64,000 nucleotides of DNA, taken from Ginglymostoma cirratum (lineage: Eukaryota). Shown here in pieces: positions 1 through 12,229 of this stretch. The translations under genes and the position numbers were made by a program. The notes under the pieces were generated by a model, which did not search any database, was not told where the DNA came from, and worked only from the letters and a program-made list of their open reading frames with translations. The stretch is taken from positions 9,475,885 through 9,539,884 of the forward strand of contig JAHRHZ010000024.1 of the NCBI GenBank assembly GCA_024137785.1, in the 5' to 3' direction. The stretch's first letter is position 1, and each line of letters opens with the position of its first letter.

Positions 1-102
1 TAAAGTTTTCCTGCTCCTATGATGCTGCTTGACCTGCTGTGTTCATCCAGCCCCATGCTTGTTATCTCGGATTCTCCAGCATCTGCAGTACCTTTTATCT
101 CT
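1..102 (+). mobile_element. Penelope-derived terminal-repeat (pLTR) tail, subfamily A, cut by window edge
   Basis: Near-identical to 47195-47290 and homologous to the 3' end (7930-8022) of the Penelope-like element. Confidence 0.75.
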
Positions 103-782
103 AAAACCATAGCAGCATCTCCTAACAAATATTTTTGGAAACTTTCAAGATTGTTCATCATGATCCTCATAACAAATGTTCAAATACTGCTACAAAAATA
201 CCATAATCATCACTCTGGTCTTTGGAAAGTTGGCTATGAAATGGGGTTTGCCTGAGACTTTCACCAAAGTCAATGGACTACAGTTTATTTCCAGTCAGGT
301 CACGGAATTTCTAGTGAACTATGGAATCTGACATTGTGATACAATCTGCAAATAAATGATGGTATTGAATAATTCAACAAGGTGATCAGAGTGGTCTGAG
401 CGTCAGTATGAGGCGGGGGGTGGGGGGGGGAATGTTTGAACAACCTATTCATATTCTACTTCACATTATGTGAAGTAATAATCCACTACTTTGATTCTCT
501 CCACACTATTTGAACAGAAAAACACTTGCCAAACTATGGCTGGACATTGCTTTTGCACGCTGTTGACAATTCATAAGCCATCACTGTTGTCAATTTCAAG
601 ACTGAATCACAAATTGACATGCTAAAACAAAGGCATACTTAAATAAGTAAACCTGAGCAAAGGAACCATAATTAGAAATTGAAGTATGGGTTTGCATCAC
701 ATGGCCAAACCATGACCGCATCATCCTTGTCAGGATCAAAGTGAAAGCTCAGTACCAATACTTTTCAGTCGGATGACATTAC

Positions 783-870
783 TGATTTGATTTGATTTGA
801 TGTATTTTTTGTCGCGTGGATTTTGTTACAAAATACAGTGAAAAGTGTTGTATAGTGTTGACACTCTCCA
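783..870 (-). mobile_element. LINE 3' tail (Rex1/L2-like) ending in (CAAAT)n
   Basis: tgatttgatttgatttga microsatellite followed by a tail resembling 62050-62100 (tacagtgaaaag vs tacagcgaaaag). Confidence 0.4.
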
Positions 871-1161
871 AAACCATTTTAAAACATGGAAAAATAAAAC
901 AAAGCATAGATTGTAAAGCAAAGCAATAAAAAGTGTTTGACTTTACAGTCATTGTTGTTAAGTGCTCTGCCATTGACCTTGGGCTTGGTAGACAGCCAGG
1001 AGTCCTCTTCATTGTTTTGTCACTGAAAGTGGGGGAAGAAAAATCAATTCTATCTCATAGTCTCTTTCATTTCCACCGTAGAAGGGAATGGAAAATGCAC
1101 AGCCATTTTGCCTCACTCAGCATTTCAAAGTTGTAGCCTGCAGTTTAAAATCTTCCTTAGT

Positions 1162-1370
1162 TAACACAGTGTGGAGCTGGAGGAACACAGCAGGCCAGGC
1201 AGCATCATAGGAACAGGAAAGCTGACGTCTCGGATGGGGACCTTTTCCGAAGAAGGGTCCTGACCCGAAATGTCAGCTTTCCTGCTCCTCTGATGCTGCC
1301 TGGCCTGCTGCGTTCCCAGATCCACACTGTGTTATCTCTGCCTCCAGCATCGGCAGTTCTTACTATCTCT
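1162..1370 (+). mobile_element. Palindromic Penelope-derived non-autonomous element, two head-to-head pLTR arms
   Basis: 1162-1246 is the approximate reverse complement of 1250-1334; flanked by ttaaaatcttcctt at 1145-1158 and 1378-1391. Confidence 0.8.
1247..1274 (+). ncRNA. Degenerate minimal hammerhead ribozyme motif
   Basis: ccgaaga-a-gggtc-ct-gaccc-gaa-atgtc versus core CUGANGA-stemII-GAAA..UH; U4 substituted. Confidence 0.5.
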
Positions 1371-2689
1371 GAGTAAGTTAAAATCTTCCTTGCTGTTTTC
1401 TTACAGTAGCTGGCTCTTTTAGAGCTGTGAAAATTCACTCAATCTCAGTACCACACTTTCGATATTGTATGTCATATTATTTATTTAATGGCCGCCACGA
1501 ACTAAAACTTACAACAGAGGTAAATGTCACATGACTATACAAGCCAGCTAGTGTACTATGTACCCAATAAATGTCTACAAGACTATTTCTGTACTTGGAG
1601 AAAACAGATATGCTAAACTCAAAGAAATAATCTTATTGTTGTTCAGAATGGTTTAATTTAAAATAAGCTATTTTAATTTTACAGGGGAGAAAAGTGATAG
1701 CAGTCAATCGTCCAATTATTCAGTGTTTGATTACGTTGGCTCTTCTCTTTTCTCTGTGCTGTTAGTTAAGAATAAAAACAGGAACTAAAGTGGAAGCATG
1801 ACATTTTGAAGCTCTGTGAATGAAGTTTACATGTGTGTAGAATCTGATTCATCATCTCTGGCATTTTGTGCCTGAAACATTTGCTTTTTTTCCTACCGCT
1901 GACGCTGTCTGGTCTGCTGAATGTTTCCAACATTTTATGTTTGGGTGAGGTTTGGAGATGTTGAGAGAGTTAGACAGGGTGAGGTTGTGTAATGATTTAA
2001 GATGGAGATGAGAATTTTTAACCTGAATTTGAAACTGATGAGGAATGAGATGAGGGACATGTAAGAACAGATCTGGCACAAATGTTTTGAATAGATTTGA
2101 ATGTTTTGGAGTTACAGCAGTTAGAGGCTGGGTAGAACTAATACCAGCACAGATAATATTTTGAGGCAGGGGTTGAGGTGAGTTATATTGCGGAAGTGGA
2201 AGTAGGTTTTTTTTAAATGGACAAGACATTGGGTTGGACTTTTAGCTTATGCAACACCAAGTGAACAGTCAGGTTGAGCTTGGGGTGTGGGTAGGGATGG
2301 CAGGAAGTGGCTAGGGCTTACATTTATAATGCCAGTGATCAACTGAAGAATCTTGCAAACCATCCAAAAGTACATATCAGACAAGTAGAGTGACAACATT
2401 GATGCTGTAGCTATGCAAGCTTAGATAAATGCTGAACAGGATTTAGCATCTAACACTTCTTTTTGGCATTTTCTCTTCAGTGATCTAGACTGTAGAATCC
2501 ATCTGTCTCTATGGGATAGCAATTAGGATATTCAAAGATTTTGGATCTCGGCCATTTTAAAAGTCTAATGGTGTCCTATTTCTATTCCTCTCATTTAAAG
2601 TTTAACATTTCTGTAAAATTTTATGATAATTGATTACTTTTGGAAATGGATGAAACAAACGATGGACCCATGGACGTGTTCTCACAATT

Positions 2690-3345
2690 ACTTGAAGATG
2701 ACAGAGCAAGTTGATGAAGTTGTTAAGAAATGTTATGGATATTTGCCTTCGTAATTTTGGGCATTCAATGCAAAAGTAAAACAGTTGTGCTAAACTTTTA
2801 TAAGTCACGGGTTAGGCCTCAGCTGTTATATTTTGGACAATATTGGGCATCAGGCTTTACAAAGGATGCCAAAAACCAAAGACAGTACACAGGAAATTTT
2901 GCAAGACGGTATCAGGAGTGAGGGAGCTTAGTTATGTGAAGAGTTTGGAGCAACTGGCATTGTTCTCCGTAGTGTAGAGAAGGTTAAAGGGAAAGCCATT
3001 AGAGGTTCTCAAATTTTTTGAGGGATTTGGGAGAAACTATTGCCTTTGAGAAGGGGCCTAGTAATTAGAGGTCATGGACTTAATAAAATTCACAAAAGAA
3101 CCATGTGAAAAATGAAGAGGAATGTCTTATGGATGGTTATTAAGATCTGGAATGCACTCCCTACAAGTGTGCTGAAATCAGAGTTCATTGCAAATTTCAA
3201 AACCTGTTGGACATATATTTGAAGAAGATAATTTTGCAGAGTTAAAGGAATTAAAATGGACAATTCCTTAAAAAATCCATTATGGGCATGGAAGGCTGCT
3301 TGGCCTTTCTCTCCATTGTAAGTCTCTGTGATTCTATGATTCTAA
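2690..3345 (+). mobile_element. CR1 LINE 3' fragment
   Basis: ORF 2730-2921 VVLNFYKSRVRPQL..QYWAS resembles CR1 ORF2 LYKTLVRPHLEY..QFWSP; ends in a gattctat-type tail. Confidence 0.8.
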
Positions 3346-3677
3346 CTTCTTGGTAAGCAGATTTAACATTGAATAGTTGAACGTTCAGAATCTACAGCAG
3401 CATTAACCTAAGAAATCCAAAAAAGTAAAAGGTTTGTAGCATGTGTGGAGCATTTTTTTTCCCACAGTTGGTGGATCTAGATGCAGATTAAACTGTGTAA
3501 ATCTCATAATGTCCCTGCTACATGCTGATATTGATGTTACTAAGCATTAAGAACATCATATATAGTTGTGTCTTGTGTCATGGGGCAAATAAATGATACT
3601 GCACTGCCTCTTATTACGTATCCTCTACAAGATGGTTCCTTGTGTAAAAGGATGGCTGAATCATCAGAACTGTCATC

Positions 3678-3862
3678 GTAGAATCCCTACACTGTGGAAG
3701 CAGGCCATTTAGCCCATCGAGTCCACACCGACCCTCTGAAGTGCATCACACCCAGACCCGCCTACAACCCTGCATTTCCTATGGCTAATGCTACTAGCCT
3801 GCACATCCCTGGACACTATGGGCAATATGGCATGGCCACCTAACCTGCACATCTTTGGACAT
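3678..3862 (-). mobile_element. HE1/V-SINE-like element, 3' half
   Basis: Homologous to full copies at 34531-34850 and 57265-57585. Confidence 0.75.
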
Positions 3863-3869
3863 TGTCCTG

Positions 3870-4130
3870 GATGACCTGGTATATCTCCTGTTGACTGCTA
3901 AACAATTCCTATTATCAGCAAGATGGACAGGCATCGACGGTTTCCATCATTCTGTCTGGACAACTCCCTCCATTTAGTAGTGTCATGTGCCATTTTTCAC
4001 CTCATTGTAGACCATTTCAGTTGGAAGTCTGCAGTAAGAAATGTAGCTGACCCAATGAATTATACTTTGGTACCACTTCAATGCTCAATGCATTGACTTG
4101 AGACAGTGCCTGTGCATTTGGGTTACTTGT
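3870..4130 (-). pseudogene. Possible highly decayed LTR-retrotransposon (Gypsy-like) integrase remnant
   Basis: Minus-strand translation fragments loosely resemble rve motifs (D...KW; P..L.ADN..F.S); many disruptions. Confidence 0.3.
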
Positions 4131-4577
4131 TTTTCCTTTTCTTTGCACTCTTCTCTTAGAGAACAATGGAAGGATTTGTTAGAAGTCTGATAGACCATGA
4201 CATGAATGCACATTCCATCTTTATATCAGTTGATGGCGGTGTTCATTATTGACGTGACAAATGATAGGATTGGGGGTTGGAAGCATCAACATTCATCTGA
4301 TCTAATTATCTCACTTGAAGGACTTGTTGTGTTCAAATACTGCACTTTATACGACTCAAATTTGGTGTACTATCATTAACCTAAAGACTTTCTCCATCAG
4401 CATTAGTGAATTTTTTCCTTTTGTTTTATACATGGCAATGGTGCATGGTAACCTTGCATGGTGGTGTCTCCAAATTGTATTGTAGGCAGCTGCATTGTCA
4501 TTTCCGGTGTAGAGCCACACCTATGATACTGGGTTCAAGTCAGACTGTTTCAGGAAAAGACAAAGTAAAGAATAGTT

Positions 4578-5045
4578 TTAGAAACATATGGACCTAGAAA
4601 ATTGGAGCAGGAGTAGGCCATGTGACACTTTCAATACGATCATACCTGATCATCCAACTCAATACCCTGTTCTCACTTTCTCCCCATACTTTTTGATCCC
4701 TTTAGCTCTAAGAACTATGTCTGTGCTTCTTGAAAACATTCATGCTTTGGCCTCAACTTCTCTCTATGATAGACTGTTCCACAGGCTCACCGTTCTCTAG
4801 TTGAAGAAATTTATTCTCATCTCAGCCCGAAATGGCCTACACCATGTCCTTAAGATATGACGTCTGTTTCTGGACTCCATAGTAATTGGAAACATCCTTC
4901 CTGCACTTATCCTACACTTAGTCCTATTAGAATTTTATAGTTTATTATGAGATTCCTCCCATCACCACTGCCCCCGCTCATCTAAACTTGCGTTAATATA
5001 GTCCTAAACAATCAAATGTCAGTCCTGACATCTCAGAAATCAGTG
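4578..5045 (-). mobile_element. CR1 LINE 3' end
   Basis: ggagcaggagtaggcca tail (minus-strand tggcctactcctgctcc); homologous to 57955-58400. Confidence 0.75.
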
Positions 5046-5699
5046 TCCAAGCTTAGGCTTTTGTAGAACTCTGTTTATTCCATGCTAACACTAAATACAG
5101 CTATACGTGGTAATCTGAGATATACTAGACTCAAAGCCTATTATTACATTGTTTAGAGATGGTACACCGAACTCTATCCATGTTTCATCTTTGATCTATC
5201 TGCTTTCTACCTAATTAACTCTGTCACAATGTGCTAGTTATGCCCCTTGGGAAATAGTGCTGAGACAATTGCAACATTGCTCCAGGATCCTTAAGTTCTT
5301 ACACAACACAGTGCTGCAATAAAGACATTCAATAAAATCTAAAGATGATTGCAGTACGCAATAGGCTCATGATCAAGACAGAAACAAGGCGGGTTAAGAT
5401 TTCCAATAAGAACTCAATCAAAACAGAAAACCTGACAAAATCGTGCTGTTCGATTGTATGCCCTTGCCACTTTTTGTGATGAGGCTTTATCACAGTTACT
5501 GACGGTATGCATGTGATTGGCTGACTGCCTTTTCTTGTGAATCTTTAGTATGCAATCATTGTCAATGAGTTTGCTGAAGATCTGTGAAAGCTTGCAGGAG
5601 GTTACAAGTTGTAAAAATTACTGGATATGTAGAGGTCTCCTGCTAGCAATGCCCCTTTCCCAATTAGAATTATCCTTAGTGAGATTTCACCCTAAGAAA

Positions 5700-6012
5700 T
5701 ATGTCTGCAGCAATATATCTCTCCTACAAAGTCTGTCCTTAACAACGTTTCTTTACAGCAATATCTCTACATCAATGCACATTTCCAGCAATGCCACTTT
5801 ATAGCATCATCTCTGCATCAATGCATTTTCCCAGCAATGCCACTTTACAGGTTACCTCTGCATGAATGCATATTCCTAGAAATATCACTTTACAGGAATA
5901 TCTCTGCATCAATGTGTATTCTAGCAATATCTCTGTGCTGTAATGCCTCTCCCCAGCAATATTTCTACGCAGCAATGTGTCTCTGCAGGAATGCCTCTCT
6001 GCAAAATTGCCT
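5700..6012. repeat. Degenerate minisatellite, ~15-bp monomer (cagcaatgcctctct-like) with ~45-bp higher-order unit
   Basis: Recurring cagcaat/catcaat at about 15-bp spacing; cagcaatgccacttt repeats at about 45 bp. Confidence 0.7.
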
Positions 6013-6134
6013 TTAACATTAATCTTATCCTGCTGTGGTAAAGAAAATATTAAATTTATTTAAGAAACACTTTGCTGTGGTTGCATCTTGTTTAAAGGTT
6101 GCAGGAGGGAGCAAGATCAGTTCTATCACTTACA

Positions 6135-6335
6135 TATGAATAAGGAACAAATGTAGGCCACTCAGCCCTTCAAGACAGCTCTGCTATTCAAATAAGATCA
6201 GCGCTGATCTGATTTTAACCTCAACTCTACATTCCTGCACATCCCCGATAATCATTCATCAACTTGGTAATCAAGAATCTATCTACCTCTGCCTTAGAAA
6301 TAATTTAAAGATTTTGCATCCACTGCCTTTTCCAC
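6135..6335 (-). mobile_element. CR1 LINE 3' end, probably continuing at 8025 after the Penelope insertion
   Basis: Closely homologous to 20830-21010; gtaggccactcagccc tail. Confidence 0.75.
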
Positions 6336-6339
6336 TGTT

Positions 6340-8022
6340 CCACGTATCCCACTGCCTACAGACAAAGGGGCTGGCCATGGGTACCTGCATGGGCCCAAGC
6401 TATGCTTGTCTCTTTGTAGGATACGTGAACCATCCCTCTTCCACAGCTGCACTGGCCCCATCCCCCACCTCTTCCTCCATTATATCGAAGACTATATTGG
6501 TGCTGCCTCGTGCTCCCGCAAGGAGCTCGAAAAGTTTATCCACTTTACTAACATCTTCCACCTCAATCTTAAGTTCAACTGGATCATCTCTGATACCTCT
6601 CTCTCCTTCCTAGACCTCTCTGTTTCCATCTCTGGTAACCACCTGGAAACTGATATCTATTTCAAGCCCACTGACCCCCACAGCTACCTAGAATATACCT
6701 CCTCCCACCCACCTTCCTGCAAGAATGCCATACCCTATTCCCAATTCCTTTGCCTCCGCCGCACCTGCTCCCAAGATGAAGCATTTTACTCCCGGACATC
6801 CCAGACGTCCTCTTTTTCAAGGACCGAAATTTCCCCCCCACAGTGGTCGAAAATGCCCTCGACTGCATATCTCGCATTTCCCGTACCTCATCCCTCACAC
6901 CCCTTCCCCGCAATAACAACAAAGACAGAATTCCCCTTGCCCTCATGTATCACCCCATCAACCTTCGGCAATCGTCTGCCAATTCCTCCACCTGCAATCT
7001 GACCCCACTACCAAGGACATTTTCCCCTCCCCACCTTTATCTGCCTTCCAGAGGGACCGCTCTCTCTGTGACTCCCTCGTCCACTCCACGCTCCCCACTA
7101 GCCCCACCAACCCCAGCACTTTTCCCTGCAACCGCAGGAAGTGCTACACCTGCCCCTACACCTCCCCCCTCACCTCCATTCCAGGCCCCAAGAAAACCTT
7201 CCACATTAAACAGATGTTCACCTGCACATCAGGGAGCTAATGTGGTATATTGCATCTGCTGTTCCCGATGTGGCCTCCTCTGCATCGGGGAATCCAAGCG
7301 GAGGCTTGGAGACCACTTTGTGGCGTACCTACGCTTGGTTCGTGACAAACGACTGCACCTCCCAGTCGTGAACCACTTCAGCTCCCCCTCCCACTTCTTG
7401 GATAACATGTCCATCCTAGGCCTCCTCCAGTGCCACAATGATGCCACCTGAAGGTTGGAGGAACAGCACCTTATATTTCGCTTGGGAACCCTGTAGCCCA
7501 ATGGTCTCAATATCGATCTCACAAGCTTCAAAATCTCCCCACCTCCCGACCTCATCCCAAGACCAGCCCAGCTCGTCCCCACCTCCTTGACCTGTCCATC
7601 TTTTCTCCCACCTATCCGCTCCTCTCACCTCACTGACCAAACTCCACCACCACTTCCTACCTACTAACCTCATCCCCGCCTCCTTGACCTGTCCGTCTTC
7701 CCTACCACCTACCTGCCCCTCCATCCCTACTGACCAACCCCCATTCCAACTCCCTACCTACACTCACCTTTACTGGCTTCATCCCTGCCTCTTTGACCTG
7801 TCTGTCTTCTATCTGCCTATCTGCTCCTCTATCCACCTTCCATCATCGCCTCCCCCTCTCTGTATTTACTTCAGAGGCCCCTTTCCCTCCCCCATTTCTG
7901 AAGAAGGGCCCAGACCCAAAACATCAGTTTTTCTGCTCCTCTGACGCTGCCTGGCCTGCTGTGTTCATCCAGCTCTACACCTTGTTATCTCAGACTCCAG
8001 CATCGGCAGTTTCTACTATCTC
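6340..8022 (+). mobile_element. 5'-truncated Penelope-like retroelement (RT C-terminus, GIY-YIG endonuclease, pLTR), frameshifted
   Basis: QTKGLAMGTCMGPSYACLF (PLE RT motif), HYIEDY (YxDD remnant), SFLDLSV, YFKPTD..YLEYTSSHP, and NVVYCICCSRCGLLCIGESKRRL (GIY-YIG) spread over ORFs 6314-6613, 6406-7002 and 6843-7451. Confidence 0.93.
7898..7925 (+). ncRNA. Degenerate hammerhead ribozyme motif in the Penelope pLTR
   Basis: ctgaaga-a-gggcc-ca-gaccc-aaa-acatc; G12 and the helix III CpG have decayed; position fits the known PLE pLTR hammerheads. Confidence 0.6.
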
Positions 8023-8024
8023 AT

Positions 8025-9565
8025 AATATTCTATGAGCTTTCCTGGTTACTTGCTGTACCTGCATACTAACCTTCTATGCTTCATGCACGAGGACACATG
8101 GAACTCTTTGCATCTCAGAGCTCTGTAACATCTCATCATTTAGATAAAATGTTTCTGTTTTATTCTCTCTGCCAAAGGGACAAATTCAAATGTTCCCACA
8201 TTGTATTCTATTTGTTGGGTCCTTCCCCACTCACTTAATCTATCTATATCCCTTTGTATGCTCCTGATGTCCTCTTCACAACTCACTTTCCTAACTATCA
8301 TTGTGTCATCAGCAAATTTAGTTCCCATAGCTTTGATCCCTTCATCCAAATCACTTATACAAATTGTAAAAACTTCGGCCCCAGCTTTGAACTCTGTGCC
8401 ACACACCACTTGTGACATCCTGCCAGCCTGAAAAAGATCCACTTATTCCTACTCTGATGCCTGTTAGTCAGCCAATCTTCTCTCAATGCCAATGTATTAC
8501 CACCTGCATCATGAATTTTTATTTTCCACAATATCCTTTGATGTGGCACCTTATCAAATGACTTTGGAAATCCAGATACAATATATCCACTGGCTCCCCT
8601 CTATTTACTGTACAAGTTACTTCTTCAATAACTTAGTTAAACATGACTTTCCTTCGACAAAACCATGTTGGCTCTGCCTGAACACCTTGAACATGTCTAA
8701 GTGCCCTATTACGTAATCTTTAATAATAACTTCTAACATTTTCCCAAATGGCAGATATTAAACGAACTGGCTTTTAGTTTCCTGCTTTCTGCCTCCCTTC
8801 CTTTTTGAATAAAGGAGTTATATTAGCTATTTTCTAATCTAAAGGAATCATCTCTGAATCTAATGAGTTTGGGGAAATTAAAACCAAAGCATCAATTATC
8901 TCACTAGATACTTTTTTTTAAAGGATGGAATCTATCAGCACCAGGGGACTTGGCAACTCACAGTCCCAATAACTTACAAAAAATTACTTCCCGGTAATTG
9001 TGATTTTCTTGAGTTCCTCTATCCCTTTCAATTCCTGATTTAAAGATATACATATGATATTATTTACGTTTTCGCATGTGAAGACCAACTCAAAATATCT
9101 CTTCAATTTTTCTGCCATCTCTTTATCCTCCATTATTATTTCTGCAAACTCATTTTCTATAGGACCATTGCTAACATTGTTAACTACTTCCTTTTTTAAA
9201 TGTCTGAAGAAATTTATGCTATCTGCTTTAATATTTTTGGTGAACTTTCTCTCATACTCTAATTTTTCCCTCCTTGTTTTAGTAATTCTTTGCTGCTTTT
9301 TATGTTCTGTCCAATCTTCTGACCTGCTACCAATCTTTGCAAAATTGTATGACTTTTCTTTGAATTTGATACTATGTTTGACTTTTTTTTTAGTTAACCA
9401 TAAATGGTATATTGATCTCTTAGAATTTTACTTATTTGTTGCAGAGTATTTATCCTGCGCTTTCTGGACCATTGTCTTAAAAATTTGCCACGGCATCTCA
9501 ATTGACTTATCCTTTAACCTAAATTGTCAGTTTACTTTCATTAGCTCTGATTTCATGCCCTCATA
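8025..9565 (-). mobile_element. CR1 LINE ORF2 (reverse transcriptase) remnant
   Basis: FTICISDLDEGI..TKFADDT..IQRDIDRLSEW (8140-8442) and PHQRILWKIK..G..L...DWL (8355-8549). Confidence 0.9.
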
Positions 9566-9569
9566 AGTT

Positions 9570-10093
9570 TTTTTATTCTCTAGTAGGCCATGGGCATCGC
9601 TGGCTAGCTAACATTTATTGCTTGTCCCTAGCTGCCCTTAAGAAGGTGGTGGTGAGCTGCCTTCTTGAATTGTTACAATCCATGTGCTGTTAGAGAAGGA
9701 ATTTCAGGAGTTTGATCCAGCCACATTGAAGGAATGATGGTATATTTCCAAGTCAGGAGGGTGAGTGGCTTGGAGGGGAACTTGCAGATGGTAGTGTTTC
9801 TGCTTCCACTGACATTATAGTTGGAAGTGGTTGTGGGCTTGGGAGGGAAGCTTGTGGATGTGGTGCCAATCAAGTGGATAGCTTTGTCCTGGATTGGGTC
9901 AAGTTTCTTGAGTGTTGTTGGAGCTGCACTCATCCAGCAAAGCGGGGAGCATTCCATCATATTCCTGACCTGTTCCTTGGCGATGATGGACAGGCTCTGG
10001 GGAGATAAGAGGTGAGTTACTTGCTACAGTGTTCCTAGCCACTGACATACACTTGTAGCCATGGTATTTGGATGGCAATTCCAGTTGAGTTTC
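9570..10093 (-). mobile_element. LINE family B (CR1/L2-related) 3' end
   Basis: MECSPLCWMSAAPTTLKKLDPIQDKA; homologous to 36950-37490. Confidence 0.8.
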
Positions 10094-10094
10094 T

Positions 10095-10400
10095 GCCCTT
10101 ATTTAAATCAATATAGTTTTGCCTTGAACCCACACATCTCTCTCTTAAACTGTGTGTTAAATGCAATCTTATTATGATCACTACTATCCAGGGGCACTTT
10201 CACTATGAGGACAATAATTAACCCTACCTCATTTGTCAAAACCAAGTCTACTGTAGCATGCTCACCAATTAGTGCTATAACATGCCTGTCCAAGAAATTG
10301 TACAGAAAACATTCAATATATTAGTCTTCCAGGCCATTTTTCCCATCTGACTTTGGCAGTAGGTTAGAATTCCCCCTGATAATTTCTGTACCCTTTTGAC
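10095..10400 (-). mobile_element. CR1 endonuclease C-terminal remnant
   Basis: TVDLVLTNE...PLDSSDHN (APE endonuclease SDH motif). Confidence 0.75.
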
Positions 10401-10519
10401 AATCTCCCAATAACTCAGTAATGACCACTATCTCAATTTGCATTAAGAGCATAAGAACATAAAGGGCTTATTGCAATAACAAGGCCTGTTGTGTGGGCGT
10501 TGTGGTAAGTACATGGGAC

Positions 10520-10915
10520 AGCTCAAGTCCTAAAGTTATTGAACTTGATATTGAGTCCAGAAGGCTGCAGGGGCCCCAAGTGGAAAATGAAGTGCTGCTA
10601 TATTCAACGTCTGCCATTCCAGCAGCCCATTGTTAACCATTAAGAGCTACTCACCCTTCTGGCCAGATTGGTATCCAATCCTTTCTCTGTTCAACTGCTC
10701 TTCTCTCTCTTTCGGCTCTATCCCCACTTATCATTTACTCCTTAACCCCTCACCCAACCCTATCTTCAGCATATAAACCGTACATTTTCCAAGCTACCAT
10801 CAGTTTTGAGGAAGGACCACTTGACCAGAAACATTAACTCTGATTTCTCTCCACAGATGCTGCCAGACTGCTGAGCCTTTCCAGTAATTTCTATTTTGTC
10901 TGTAATTTCCAGCCT
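10520..10915 (+). mobile_element. Penelope 3' fragment with inverted 5' piece and pLTR (subfamily B), decayed hammerhead near 10806-10835
   Basis: 10540-10600 matches the reverse complement of 7455-7525; tail gatgctgccagactgctgagccttt. Confidence 0.65.
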
Positions 10916-11770
10916 TCTGCCTCCTTCCCTTCTTAAACAGAGATGTTACATTAGCCATTTTCCAGCCTGCTGGGATGCTCCCTGACTCCAGTCATTCTTG
11001 AAAGATCACCACAAATGCCTCTATAATCTCCTTGAGAATCCTAGAGTGTAGTCCATCTTGTCCAGGTGGTTTGTCCACCTTCAGACTTTTCAGCTTCTCC
11101 AGCAACTTCTACTTAATAATGGCCATTATACTCTCTTCCCCTGACTCTCTTGAAGTTCTGGTATGCTGCTGGTGTCTTCCACGTGAAGACTAATGCAAAG
11201 TACCTCTTCAGTTCCTCCACCATTTCTTTGTTCTCCATTACTACTTCTTCATCCTCATTTTCCAGCAGTCCAATGTCCACTCTCACCTCTCTCTTGTCTT
11301 TTAGATATCTAAAAAAAACTCTTGCAATCTTCTTTGATATTACTAGGAGCTGTATTCTAATATTTCCTCTACTCCCACTTCATTGCTTTTTTAATTATGC
11401 TCTGCTGGTTTTTAAAGGCCTCCAATTCTTCTGAATTTATGCTAATCTTCACCACATTTTATGTTTTCTGTTTTACTTTTAAACATTTTCTAACCAAGCA
11501 TGCTGGCCCTGAATTCCCTTGTCAGCCGTGGTTCCCTTGTCCTCCCCTTGTTATGTTTCTTCTTCCGTGGGACGAATTTACGCTGTGCCTCCTTAACTAA
11601 CGCCAGAAAGTCCTGCCATTGTTACCCACCGTCTTCTCTGTTAGGCACCCCTTCCAATCAATTCTGGTCAGCTCCTCCCTCACGTCATTGTAGTTGCCTT
11701 TACTCAATTGTAATACAGTTACGTCTGATTCCAGTTTGTCCCTCTCAAACTTCAATTTCATTCTATCATA
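10915..11770 (-). mobile_element. CR1 ORF2 middle region
   Basis: LSKGNYNDVREELTRIDW; minus-strand KSPGQDGLH motif near 11050-11075. Confidence 0.8.
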
Positions 11771-11877
11771 CTGCAAGTCCATTTGTTTTGTTTTTCAAAT
11801 AGAGGATGTTAAGTTTTGTCCCTTGAATATCTTTGCAACTTCTAGTATTATCTGTTGATGCCCTTTTAGATCTTTCC

Positions 11878-12110
11878 TCTGGGTGTTCTGGTTTCCTCCT
11901 ACCAAAGGTGTGCAGGTTAGGTGTATTGGCCATGCTAAATCATTCATAGTGCCCAGGGCTGTGCACGCTAAGTAGATTAGCCATGGGAAATGCAGGATTA
12001 CAAGGATAGGGTGGCAGGGGTGGGTCTGGGTGGAACGTTCTTTGGAGGGTTGGTGTAGGCTGGATGGACCAATTGGCCTGCTTCCACCCTGTTGGGATTC
12101 TATGATTCTC
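11878..12110 (+). mobile_element. HE1/V-SINE-like 3' half
   Basis: gggtgttctggtttcctcct..gtgcaggttagg..ggccatgctaaat; gggattctatgattc tail. Confidence 0.75.
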
Positions 12111-12229
12111 TGTTCCTTCTTGTCATTGTCTGTTTATCATTTCCTACATTAGTTCCCTTTTCTGTTGCATTTTCCACATTTTTTTTCATTCACTACAGTT
12201 TCCTAAATTTGGACCCTTGCCCCACACTA

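Noticed and set aside
6406-7451. Active or domesticated Penelope RT gene
   Set aside because: 5'-truncated, multiple frameshifts, catalytic YxDD reads YIED
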